Assembly: GCA_035285865.1 (NCBI GenBank)
Contig: JAYKHS010000007.1
Coordinates: 1-64,000, forward strand
Direction: 5' to 3'
DNA from: Candidatus Sericytochromatia bacterium
GTDB lineage: Bacteria; Cyanobacteriota; Sericytochromatia; S15B-MN24; VGJW01
DNA length: 64,000 nucleotides
Shown here: piece after piece, positions 39,217-47,866 of the stretch
Layout: each line of letters starts with the position of its first letter
How positions within the stretch are numbered: position 1 is the stretch's first letter
Program-made: the position numbers and the translations under genes
The notes under the pieces: generated by a model
What the model saw: the letters and a program-made list of their open reading frames with translations, nothing else
What the model was told of the DNA's origin: nothing
Databases searched by the model: none

Positions 39217-40341
39217 ATGCCCGAGATAGCCGACGGCCCTCACGACCTGCCCACCCGCGCCATCGCGGGACGCCCCTTCCACCGCACCATCGGTTACGCC
39301 AATTGTTGGGAGGATGCCCGGGTCCTGCACCAGGGCCTGCAGCCCGAACCCGGAAACCGGATCCTGTCCATCGGGTCCGGTGGCTGCAACAGCCTCGCCC
39401 TGCTGGCGAGCGACCCGGAACAGGTCGTGGTGGTGGACATGAACATCCGGCAGTTGCATGTCCTCGAACTCAAGATGGCCGCGCTCGCGCAACTCCCCCA
39501 CGAGGACAAGCTCGCCCTGCTGGGCGTGGGCGGGGCGGAGCGACGTGCGGGCCTTTACCGGAGCGTGCGCACGGCGCTCTCTCCCGCAGCCCGGGAGTTC
39601 TTCGATGCCCATCCCGGCGTGCTGCGCGCTGGGCTGCTGCAGTCGGGACGCCTCGAACGGTACATGCTGGCCTTCGGCAGCCTGCTGCGCGTTGGACTCG
39701 GCAAGGGCTTCATCCACGACTTCGTTCGCCTCGAGAACCCCCGGGAACAGGCGCAGCGGTTTGCCCGGCACTGGCAAGGCAAGGCCTGGCGGGGGCTGTT
39801 CCGGGTGTTCTTCAGCCGTGCCGTCCTCGAGCGCGCCAAGGATCCCGCGCACTTCCGGCAGGTGCCCGGGGATGCGCTGGGAGACAGGCTTCGTGCCCGC
39901 GCCGAGCATGTCCTGACGGCGTTGCCGATGCGCGAGAACCCCTACATGCGCCTGATTCTGGAAGGTACCTTCACCGATGACGAGGCAGGCCTGCCGTTCT
40001 ACCTGACGCGGGCAGCGCAGCCGATCCTCGCCGCGCGCCTCGATCGGATCCGCCCGCGTCACGGCACCCTTGTCGAAGCTCTGGACGCTGGCCCCTACGA
40101 CCGTTTCAACCTGTCCAACGTCTTCGACTGGATGCCCGAAGGCGAGATGCGGGCGGTGCACGCCACGCTCGGCACCGCCGCCATCCCGGGCGCACGACTC
40201 TGCTGGTGGAACACCCTGCTGGAGCGACGGATGCCGGACTTGCCGGAGCTCGAGGCGCTCGACGCGGAGGCGGAGGCCCTGCTGCTGCGGGACCGCTTCA
40301 TCTACGCGAACTTCCGCATCGGCCGCTTCCGCGCGCCCTAG
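39217..40341 (+). CDS. DUF3419 / BtaA-like SAM-dependent 3-amino-3-carboxypropyl transferase family protein
   Basis: YANCWED, ILSIGSGGCNSL, VDMN, ENPY, FNLSNVFDWM and DRFIY. Confidence 0.8.
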   Translation: MPEIADGPHDLPTRAIAGRPFHRTIGYANCWEDARVLHQGLQPEPGNRILSIGSGGCNSLALLASDPEQVVVVDMNIRQLHVLELKMAALAQLPHEDKLALLGVGGAERRAGLYRSVRTALSPAAREFFDAHPGVLRAGLLQSGRLERYMLAFGSLLRVGLGKGFIHDFVRLENPREQAQRFARHWQGKAWRGLFRVFFSRAVLERAKDPAHFRQVPGDALGDRLRARAEHVLTALPMRENPYMRLILEGTFTDDEAGLPFYLTRAAQPILAARLDRIRPRHGTLVEALDAGPYDRFNLSNVFDWMPEGEMRAVHATLGTAAIPGARLCWWNTLLERRMPDLPELEALDAEAEALLLRDRFIYANFRIGRFRAP

Positions 40342-41291
40342 GATCCTGCAACCCCGCGCAGGCCCGAACCACCGGGAAGCCACACCTTGAGCGCAGCGGG
40401 TCGGATGGCAAAGGAAAGGGAGGATCCCGCTGCAAGGGGCTCCCCGTCGCCGTGGAAGACGAACGGCCGCGATGCCGACAGCGTGAAGGCCGAGCCGACG
40501 GCCTGATGCGCGGGCGGGAAGGGTCGGGCCGGCAACGGCAGGCTGATCCTCCCGACGTCGCGGAGAATGCCGGCGCGCGTGGTACCCAGCAGGGCCATCA
40601 GGCGCAGGGTTCCGTCATCGGGCCGGGCATCGGGCACCGCCCGCACGAAGCGACCGATGGTCGGCACGTTGTGCACGAAGATCGCCAGGCTCCGAAACCG
40701 ATCCGGCAGGCCGTCGGCCTGCTCGATAGTCCAGTCCTGCCAAGCATCCGGATTGCCCGCAACGATACCGACCGTGTGCACCAGGTAGGCCAGAGCCCCC
40801 ATGGCGCGCGTTCCGCTGCCCAGCCAGTCCGAACGCGCCTTGGCCCTGTTGACCGACTCGGCAACCGCGGCAACGGCCCCGACCCCACCGCCGGTCAGAA
40901 AGGGGCGCCCCTCAACTTCAAGCACGTCGACCTGGGCGACACGCCCCACCCGCAGGGCTTCCCCCGCCTTCCAGGGATGCCGAGGCATCCCGATGTGCCG
41001 TGCCCAGTCATTCGCCGTGCCTGCAGGGCACACGGCCACGGGCAGGTCCTGTTCGAGCGCCGGCATGATGGCCGCATTGAGTCCGCCGTCCCCGGAAACC
41101 ACCACCAAGGCATCGTGCCCGCGTGCCGCCGCCCCGCGCATCAGTTCAAGGGACTCGTCCCGGCTGCGCGGGACGGCACCGACCGCACCGGGCAGGGCAA
41201 GGCCCTCCAGAAAATCCTCGAGCAAACCGCGCCGGGCTCCCCGACGTGCGGCCGGATTCACCAGCACCAGCGGCCTGAACGGAACGGACAC
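40338..41291 (-). CDS. Diacylglycerol/lipid kinase family protein (YegS/DgkB-like)
   Basis: VLVNPAA, SGDGG, PAGTANDWA, GGGVG, PDDG and HGDGE. Confidence 0.85.
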   Translation of the reverse strand: MSVPFRPLVLVNPAARRGARRGLLEDFLEGLALPGAVGAVPRSRDESLELMRGAAARGHDALVVVSGDGGLNAAIMPALEQDLPVAVCPAGTANDWARHIGMPRHPWKAGEALRVGRVAQVDVLEVEGRPFLTGGGVGAVAAVAESVNRAKARSDWLGSGTRAMGALAYLVHTVGIVAGNPDAWQDWTIEQADGLPDRFRSLAIFVHNVPTIGRFVRAVPDARPDDGTLRLMALLGTTRAGILRDVGRISLPLPARPFPPAHQAVGSAFTLSASRPFVFHGDGEPLAAGSSLSFAIRPAALKVWLPGGSGLRGVAGS

Positions 41292-41292
41292 C

Positions 41293-42459
41293 TCAGCCCT
41301 CGCTGCTGCGCGCGGCCCAGCGTCCGAGACCGACCCCGCCCAACGCCAGCAGCGCGGACAGGCCCCAGGCCCATCGACCCAGTCCATGCAGTGCCACACC
41401 CGCAAGCAAGGGTCCGAATGCCCTGCCCAGCGCCTCGAAGGACTGCAGGGCCCCGAGGCCGGTGCCGGCATCGCCGGGCAAGCGGCGCCCCACGCCGGCA
41501 GACAGGGAAGGCCTCATCAGGGCAGACCCGACACCCAGCAGCAACAAGCCGGCACCGACGCCGGGAAGGGCCAAAGGCAGCGCCATCAGGGCGAAGCCAC
41601 AGGCAAAGGCGGCAAAGGCGAGGCTGAGGGCGCGCTCCTCACCCAGTCGGTCGATGAGCCTGCCCGCACCGCCACCGGCCACCGCCGCAGAGATCAGGCC
41701 GAGCAGGCCCAATGTTGCCCCGAGTGCCGCCGGGCCCATGCCGAATCGTTCCAGCAGGTGAACCCCGAGCACGGCCTCCATTCCGGAGAACAACAGCATC
41801 TGAAGCAGACCGGCGAGCAACAGCGGACGTCCTCGCCCCCATGAGCGCGCAAGGGCCTCGCGCAGGCTTCGGGTGGCGCGCTCCCGCTCGGGCACGAGTG
41901 TCTCGGGCAGCAGGAAAGATGCGGCAAATACCACGACCAGGCACGTCACCGAGGCCGCCTTGAAAGGCAGCTCGAGATCCCCGCTCATCGCCAACCAGCC
42001 GCCGATGGCCGGTCCGAGCACGAAGCCCAGGCCAAGCGAGGCTCCCGCGATGGCCATGCCTCGGCCCCGACCGGATGGCGCGGACAGGTCGTCGACCGCC
42101 GCAAGGGCCGCAGGCAGGAGCGCCGCAGCCATCAAGCCACCCGTCAGGCGCGCGGCGAGCAATTCGGCGTAGGTCTCGGCGAACGCCATGCCCGCAAGTG
42201 CCACGGCAAATCCAACGCCGCCCAGCAGGATGACGGGTCTTCTTCCTCGACGATCGGAGAGGCGCCCCCACCAAGGGGCCAGAATGAACTGGATGATGGC
42301 ATAGCTGCCCATCAGCGTGCCCATGGCCATCTCGGGCGAAAGCACGGCAGGGCGGGGCATCTCGGCCACGCGCTGGGGCAGGACGGGGATGACCAGGGCA
42401 AATCCGGCCATCGTCAGGAAGAGAAAGGCAGCCAGCAGGGCAAGGGCGGGAGAACGCAT
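41293..42459 (-). CDS. MFS transporter (TetA/DHA1-like)
   Basis: WGRLSDRRGRRPV (motif A) and GFVLGPAIGG; about 12 TM helices. ATG 42459 lies 7 nt after TATGAT; 42468/42471 are alternative starts. Confidence 0.9.
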   Translation of the reverse strand: MRSPALALLAAFLFLTMAGFALVIPVLPQRVAEMPRPAVLSPEMAMGTLMGSYAIIQFILAPWWGRLSDRRGRRPVILLGGVGFAVALAGMAFAETYAELLAARLTGGLMAAALLPAALAAVDDLSAPSGRGRGMAIAGASLGLGFVLGPAIGGWLAMSGDLELPFKAASVTCLVVVFAASFLLPETLVPERERATRSLREALARSWGRGRPLLLAGLLQMLLFSGMEAVLGVHLLERFGMGPAALGATLGLLGLISAAVAGGGAGRLIDRLGEERALSLAFAAFACGFALMALPLALPGVGAGLLLLGVGSALMRPSLSAGVGRRLPGDAGTGLGALQSFEALGRAFGPLLAGVALHGLGRWAWGLSALLALGGVGLGRWAARSSEG

Positions 42460-42517
42460 CGCCCCCATCATAAAGGGCACTTGCACCAACCGGTGATTCG
42501 CAAGGCACCAAAGCGGA

Positions 42518-42554
42518 CCGGGACCCGGAATTCCGTGAGGAACCCGAGCCCCGG
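42518..42554 (-). terminator. GC-rich hairpin after the 42596-43567 lipoprotein gene
   Basis: Minus-strand CCGGGGCTCGGGTTCC-TCAC-GGAATTCCGGGTCCCGG can fold with G-U pairs. Confidence 0.45.
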
Positions 42555-42595
42555 CAGCACATCTGTTTCGCGGCAGGCGCAGGCCTGCACGGGAA

Positions 42596-43567
42596 CTAAC
42601 GGGGCTGATTCACGGGCAGGGAACCCGACGCGGGGTCTGGGACAAACTCACGAATCTGCTTCGCGCGCAGGGCATCCTCCAGCGTGTTGAACGGGACCGC
42701 CGGATCGGCCTTGATGTGCGTCGGCCCGAGCAACTGCGGCAGCGGCAGCGGCGAATCGGAAGCTGCCGGAGCAAACTTCAGCTCGACTGCACCCTGCAGG
42801 AAGGACGTGGACTGGAACTCGACCTTGCCGTCCGCCTTGCGGGAGAGGAACCAGAGACGCGCGCCGGGAAGGCGGGCCTTGTCGATGACAGGGGTCGTGC
42901 TGGCGGAGGAGGGAACCCCGGCGATCAGATTGAAGACCTGGACATCGAAAGCCAGCACACGGGCCGACCAAGAGGCTGCCATTTGCGGGAATGTCTGCCC
43001 CATGCCGTCCTTGGTGATGAAACCGGCACGAACAGGCGGCACGACGAGACCGAACGGGCGAAGATCCCAAGTGACCCGCGCCGCGATGTCCCGCTTGCGC
43101 TGCTCCTCGCTGAGCTTCGTCGCATCCCCGTTGCGCTGGAAGACCACCCCGCCCAGGCTGTCCTGCGCGATGGCCACCCGATTCACGGACGGAGCCTGCT
43201 CCCCCTCCTTGGCGACGATCGAGGTCGTGATGGCCTGATCGACATCCTTCAGGCGAATCTCGACCTGACGCGTCTGGTCATTGGCCTCGAGTTTCGTGAA
43301 CCGGACCTCTCCGTTCACGATGTCGTATTCATCCGCACCCAGCGTCCGCCCGTCCACGACGACGGCTTCGACGTCCTCCTCGGCCAGCGTCTGCGCCTGT
43401 CCGTTCTCGTCGAGGAAGTCCAGCTTGATGCCGGCATTCTGAAGCAGCGTCGTGGCATTCTGGACGGCCTGCTGGACCTGCGCCGGGGACAGGTTGCAGC
43501 CGACGAGCACGGTGGCTGTTGCGGCAAGAGCAGTGAACAGGGGCCGGAAGGTCCGGGGTGCACGCAT
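42596..43567 (-). CDS. Hypothetical lipoprotein
   Basis: Lipobox LVGC. Own upstream -10 box and downstream hairpin. Confidence 0.72.
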   Translation of the reverse strand: MRAPRTFRPLFTALAATATVLVGCNLSPAQVQQAVQNATTLLQNAGIKLDFLDENGQAQTLAEEDVEAVVVDGRTLGADEYDIVNGEVRFTKLEANDQTRQVEIRLKDVDQAITTSIVAKEGEQAPSVNRVAIAQDSLGGVVFQRNGDATKLSEEQRKRDIAARVTWDLRPFGLVVPPVRAGFITKDGMGQTFPQMAASWSARVLAFDVQVFNLIAGVPSSASTTPVIDKARLPGARLWFLSRKADGKVEFQSTSFLQGAVELKFAPAASDSPLPLPQLLGPTHIKADPAVPFNTLEDALRAKQIREFVPDPASGSLPVNQPR

Positions 43568-43646
43568 GGGGAGTTGCCTCGCGGATCGTAAGCGGACGCC
43601 TGCCGTGCAGCCTAGGGGGCCGAAGAGGACGTCCCGGGAACGACCG

Positions 43647-43673
43647 ATATTAGCACGTCAAGGATGCTATGAT
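43647..43673. promoter_or_regulatory. Back-to-back extended -10 promoters (lipoprotein on minus, ctaA on plus)
   Basis: Minus strand: TGC-TAATAT (43647-43655). Plus strand: TGC-TATGAT (43665-43673). Confidence 0.5.
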
Positions 43674-43761
43674 GCTCCCGTCGGCCTCGCCCCCGGGCGG
43701 CGTCGAACCGCAGGCGGCAGGTGCCCGACAACATGCCGCCCCGTGCCCCTCTTCCGGAAGG

Positions 43762-44718
43762 ATGTCACACGTGTCGGATACCTTGCTCTTCAGGCGTTTC
43801 GGCCAGCTGATCATGGGCCTTGTCGGCCTGACGGTCCTGCTGGTCTTCGCAGGCGTCATCGTTCGGGCCACGGGTTCGGGGCTGGGTTGCGGAACGGCCG
43901 GTGGCTGGCATGATTGGCCCTTGTGCCACGGGCAACTGCTGCCCCCTGGCGAGACGACCGCCATCATCGAGTTCTCGCATCGCGCCATCGCGTCGATCGT
44001 CAGCACCGGCATGCTGGTCGCCGTGGGCTGGCTGGCGTGGACCCCGCGGCTTCGCGGGGCACTCGGCGGACACATGGCCTTGGCGTGCACCTTGCTGGTC
44101 GTCCAGATCACCTGGGGTGCGCTCATCATCCGCCACATGGTGCCGCCCGAGCTGGTCGTGACGCACCTCGCGACGGCTTTGGCCTTCTTCGCCACCATGA
44201 TCACGCTCAGCCTCAGGGCCTTCCGGCTCGCGAACGGCTCAGCGGACCCGCTCGAGCACGGTCGGGCGTACATGGGGCTCGCGCTGGGCACGACCCTCGC
44301 GGTGTACCTGCAAGCCCTGGCGGGTGGCGTGGTGGCCAACTTCGAAGCGGGCCTCGCCTGCCCGGACTTCCCGACCTGCCACGGAGCGTGGCTTCCGGCC
44401 ATGGTGGGCAACGTGGCGCTGCAGATGATTCATCGCTTCGGGGCCTACGCCGTCACGGGACTGGTCCTGACGCTGGCCTGGCGGACCCGGAAGGAGCAGG
44501 GATGGCTGCGCAGGCTGCCTTTGCTGGCTGTCGGCGTCCTTGTCCTGCAGGTCACGCTGGGCATCCTGAACGTCCTCTACAAGCTGCCGCTCGTCGTGAC
44601 GGCCGCCCACCACGGCAACGCCTACCTGCTCTTCGCGCTGCTGATCGGCTTCTCGTACCGGCTTGTCGCGGCCCGGTCCCTGGCCCCCGAGGCAAGGTCC
44701 GCGGTCGTCGCCGCCTGA
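43762..44718 (+). CDS. ctaA: Heme A synthase (COX15/CtaA)
   Basis: VRATGSGLGC..DWPLCHG, IEFSHR, THL, GLACPDFPTC, QMIHR and AAHH. Confidence 0.9.
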   Translation: MSHVSDTLLFRRFGQLIMGLVGLTVLLVFAGVIVRATGSGLGCGTAGGWHDWPLCHGQLLPPGETTAIIEFSHRAIASIVSTGMLVAVGWLAWTPRLRGALGGHMALACTLLVVQITWGALIIRHMVPPELVVTHLATALAFFATMITLSLRAFRLANGSADPLEHGRAYMGLALGTTLAVYLQALAGGVVANFEAGLACPDFPTCHGAWLPAMVGNVALQMIHRFGAYAVTGLVLTLAWRTRKEQGWLRRLPLLAVGVLVLQVTLGILNVLYKLPLVVTAAHHGNAYLLFALLIGFSYRLVAARSLAPEARSAVVAA

Positions 44719-44766
44719 AGGGACCCCCCGGGCTTGCAGGAACACCGAAGGGGCAGCCTTCCGCTC

Positions 44767-45309
44767 GTGAGGCGGTGGCTGCCCCTGTTCGTGTCGCTGG
44801 CCCTGACGGCCGTCAACCTGCCCGGCGAGCCGGTTCTCGCCGCAGAACAGACGGATACGGAACCCGAGGCCGTTGATGCCGAAAGCCCCCTTGCGGCAAC
44901 TGACGGCTTTAACGAAGCCTCGTCCTCCGCCCTTCCGCGCCTCGAAGGCACGCTCGTGGTCCCGCTCGCGCCTTCTGCCGCGCCTCCACTGCGTGAGGCG
45001 GAGCCTTGGGAACGCCCTTTCGTCTGGGTCGGGACCGCAGGCATGGTGGGCGTCATCATCGGCCTGCTCGGACTCGCCACGCGCATGCAGGGTAGTGCCG
45101 GCGGCACGGGAGGCACGAATGCCACCGGCGGAACGGCCTCCGGTGCATCAGGTCTCGGGGCCCTGCCCATCGGTCCCTATGCCGAACCCATGATGCTGTG
45201 GGGGCTGGGCCTGGGCTTGCCGCTCTACCTGAGCGGGGCGGTGCTCTCCGCATCCCGTGAGGACGCCGAACGACGCCGGGCAACGGGCTTGCCGGGGGAT
45301 GATCGGTAG
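44767..45309 (+). CDS. Hypothetical membrane protein
   Basis: Signal-like N-terminus and two hydrophobic segments around a Gly-rich linker. Stop abuts the next ATG. Confidence 0.5.
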   Translation: MRRWLPLFVSLALTAVNLPGEPVLAAEQTDTEPEAVDAESPLAATDGFNEASSSALPRLEGTLVVPLAPSAAPPLREAEPWERPFVWVGTAGMVGVIIGLLGLATRMQGSAGGTGGTNATGGTASGASGLGALPIGPYAEPMMLWGLGLGLPLYLSGAVLSASREDAERRRATGLPGDDR

Positions 45310-47220
45310 ATGGACCTCACGGAAGTCCTGGTGGTCGTCTTCGCCTCGGCCATCGCCGGCCGGCTGGTCGACTTTTCTGCCGTCTGGTTCCTGTTCCACC
45401 CCTATCGCAAGGTCAACCTGCCCCTGATCCGGGAGCTGGGTGTCCTGCCGAGACGTCAGGAAGCCCTCGCCGACCAGGTCGCCCTGCTCATCGAAGAGCG
45501 TCTGATCACCCGGGAACGCATCTCGGCCTATCTGGAATCCGGCGAAATCGCGACCAAGGTCCAGGGCTCCGTGCGTGCCATCCTGCACGACGTCCTGACC
45601 ACGCCTCATCCTTCGGTGCGGGACATGCTGCAGCGGCACCTGGGCGAGGCCGTCGACGTCGATGCCGAGATTGCCATGCTCTCGGAACGTGCAGCCGAAG
45701 CCCTCGCCGGGTTGCTCGCCCGACCGGGCTTCCGTGCGCGCCTGACCAACCTCGCGGAGGACCTGCTGCGTCAGTGGGGACCGCGGACGCTCGACGAGTC
45801 CTTGCCTCCCGACCTTGCCGACCGCATCATCCACCATCTCTCGGGTCGGTTCGTGGAGTGGACCGACAACGCGGACGGCGAGGCCAGGCGCCTCGACGCG
45901 TGGCTTGCCTCACTGGGCCCATTGCCGGATCTGGTCCCCCAGGAGACGCTGGACCTGATCCAGGAGCGCCTGAAGGATCGCCTGCCGGACCTTGCCCGCA
46001 TCCTCGAGGACGTCCTGCAGGAGCCTCGGGTCAAGGCGTTCCTGAGAACCTATCTGGTCGAGGTCGTCGACCGGCTGGTGGCCACCAGCCCGAATCTGTT
46101 TTCCGTCGAGGGTCTGCTCGGCGCGTGGAGGCAGCTTTTCCCCGAGGACTTCGCCAAGCGCCTCGACCAATTCGTCGACGACACCCTGCCCCGGCTGCGC
46201 AAGGCCCTCGAGAATCCGGACACGCTGGCCTTCGTGCGTGCCCGCATCGACCGGGCCTTCGCGGAGGCGCGCGTGACGCCGGTAGGCGCTTGGTACGGCC
46301 GTCTCGGCGATCGTGGCCGCGCAGAACTGGTCACGGCGGTGGCCACCCTGCTGCGCAGTCCCATAGCCCTCGCCGTGGCCACGGAGCTTGCCAGACTCGG
46401 TGTCCAGCGTCTGCTGGCCACGCCCATCGAACGCTTCCTGCCGGCGTCATGGCGCGAGGCTGACCCCGTCGGCCGCCGTCTGGCCGAGTTGGAAGAAGTC
46501 CCGATCGAGGACTGGCCGGAGGTGCTTCTGCCCCGCCTTCAGGAACTGCTCACCGGGCAGGAGTTGACGGACGGGTTGCTGGCGGCGGCCACCAACGGAG
46601 ATGGGCGAAGCCTCGCTGCCTGGCTGCGTGCCCACGTGCCCGAGGAGACCGATGCAGGGCGCGAGTGCGCTGCCTATGCCGCCGCCCTCGAAACCGGCAC
46701 GAACCGACCCGAGGGGCATGCGACCCCCCTTCGCGTGGCGGTGGATCGCGCGTGTGCGATGGCTGCGGAGCCCGCGGCCCAGGCCACCCTCAGGCGCTGG
46801 GTGGCCCGGGGCATCGAGGCCCTGGCGGGCCTGCCCGTGGGTCGGCCCGCGGACTGGCTCGACGAAGCGCGGGCCGAGCGTCTGGAATCCCTGCTGGTGA
46901 CCCAGGTGCAGGGCCTCCTCCGCAGCCAGGCCCACCGGGTGGCAGAAACCCTGGACTTCAAGGACATGGTGCGGGCCGGCATCATGCGCGCTGAACCTGC
47001 GGCCATCGAGGACGTCGTCAAGCGTCGCCTCGCCCGTCGGGAGTTCAACACGATCTTCCTCATCGGCCTGATCTTCGGCGGTGGCGTGGGGTTGGCCGCG
47101 ACGCTGCTCTTCAGGCAGGTCGCCGTCTGGTCCGTCTCGCTCGGCTGGAGCGGTGCGGCAGGTGTGGCGGCAGCAGGCGTGGGCATGGTGCTTGTGATGC
47201 TGAGGTTCGTCCGGGTATGA
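45310..47220 (+). CDS. DUF445-family (YheB-like) membrane protein, extended
   Basis: AVWFLFHPY...GVLPRRQEALAD at the N-terminus. IEDVV..ARREFNTIFLIGLIFGG at the C-terminus. Confidence 0.75.
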   Translation: MDLTEVLVVVFASAIAGRLVDFSAVWFLFHPYRKVNLPLIRELGVLPRRQEALADQVALLIEERLITRERISAYLESGEIATKVQGSVRAILHDVLTTPHPSVRDMLQRHLGEAVDVDAEIAMLSERAAEALAGLLARPGFRARLTNLAEDLLRQWGPRTLDESLPPDLADRIIHHLSGRFVEWTDNADGEARRLDAWLASLGPLPDLVPQETLDLIQERLKDRLPDLARILEDVLQEPRVKAFLRTYLVEVVDRLVATSPNLFSVEGLLGAWRQLFPEDFAKRLDQFVDDTLPRLRKALENPDTLAFVRARIDRAFAEARVTPVGAWYGRLGDRGRAELVTAVATLLRSPIALAVATELARLGVQRLLATPIERFLPASWREADPVGRRLAELEEVPIEDWPEVLLPRLQELLTGQELTDGLLAAATNGDGRSLAAWLRAHVPEETDAGRECAAYAAALETGTNRPEGHATPLRVAVDRACAMAAEPAAQATLRRWVARGIEALAGLPVGRPADWLDEARAERLESLLVTQVQGLLRSQAHRVAETLDFKDMVRAGIMRAEPAAIEDVVKRRLARREFNTIFLIGLIFGGGVGLAATLLFRQVAVWSVSLGWSGAAGVAAAGVGMVLVMLRFVRV

Positions 47221-47858
47221 ACGCGACCGTCCGTCGGATCGCGACCCTGCTGCTTGCCGTCCTGGTCCCACTCGGTCCGGTCGCGGGTCCCGCTGGGGCC
47301 GCGGGCGTCGTCACGATCGAGGATGCGGAAGGTCGCTTGCTGTGGGGCAAGGGCGTCGAGGGGCATACTCCTTGGTCCGAACGCAGCGTCTGGGTCGAGG
47401 GGGAGTGGATCTGGAGCGCCGCCCCCATCGATGCTCCGGACCCGCAGCAGCTCCGCTTCGCGTTGCCAAAACTACAGGACAACATCTTGAAACTTAGCGA
47501 CCTGTTTTTATATCAACAAATGAAGTCAGGCAACAAAGATACAATGGTCAAGGAGCAGGAGGCCCTGCGCCTGAGGCTCCGGCGTCACTTCGACGAAGGG
47601 GCTGTGCGTGCGGTCCGCTACGCCGGCGGCCCCGGCGCGTGGCAAGTCCAGGTCGCCTACGAGCTCCCGGCCTTCGAATCGGCGATTGGCTTCCGCGCGT
47701 TCTCCGAGGCCCCGCGCCCGGTGGAACCGACCCAGCTCGAGAAGGTCGTGGCGGGAGAGCGCTGGTGGAACAGGGCGTGGGACATGGCGTGGCTGGCCAC
47801 GATGGGCCTGGCCGTCACGGTGGCGGTCCTGCTTGTGGACGCCACCACGCGGCGCTGA
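47217..47858 (+). CDS. Exported hypothetical protein with a C-terminal TM helix
   Basis: ATGA overlap with the upstream gene, signal peptide, and C-terminal hydrophobic segment followed by RR. Confidence 0.6.
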   Translation: MNATVRRIATLLLAVLVPLGPVAGPAGAAGVVTIEDAEGRLLWGKGVEGHTPWSERSVWVEGEWIWSAAPIDAPDPQQLRFALPKLQDNILKLSDLFLYQQMKSGNKDTMVKEQEALRLRLRRHFDEGAVRAVRYAGGPGAWQVQVAYELPAFESAIGFRAFSEAPRPVEPTQLEKVVAGERWWNRAWDMAWLATMGLAVTVAVLLVDATTRR

Positions 47859-47866
47859 TACCCGGA

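Noticed and set aside
47468..47551. AT-rich patch as oriC, dif or a DGR variable region
   Set aside because: There is no cluster of DnaA boxes, no XerC/D consensus, and no reverse transcriptase or template repeat in the window. It is kept only as an unexplained anomaly.
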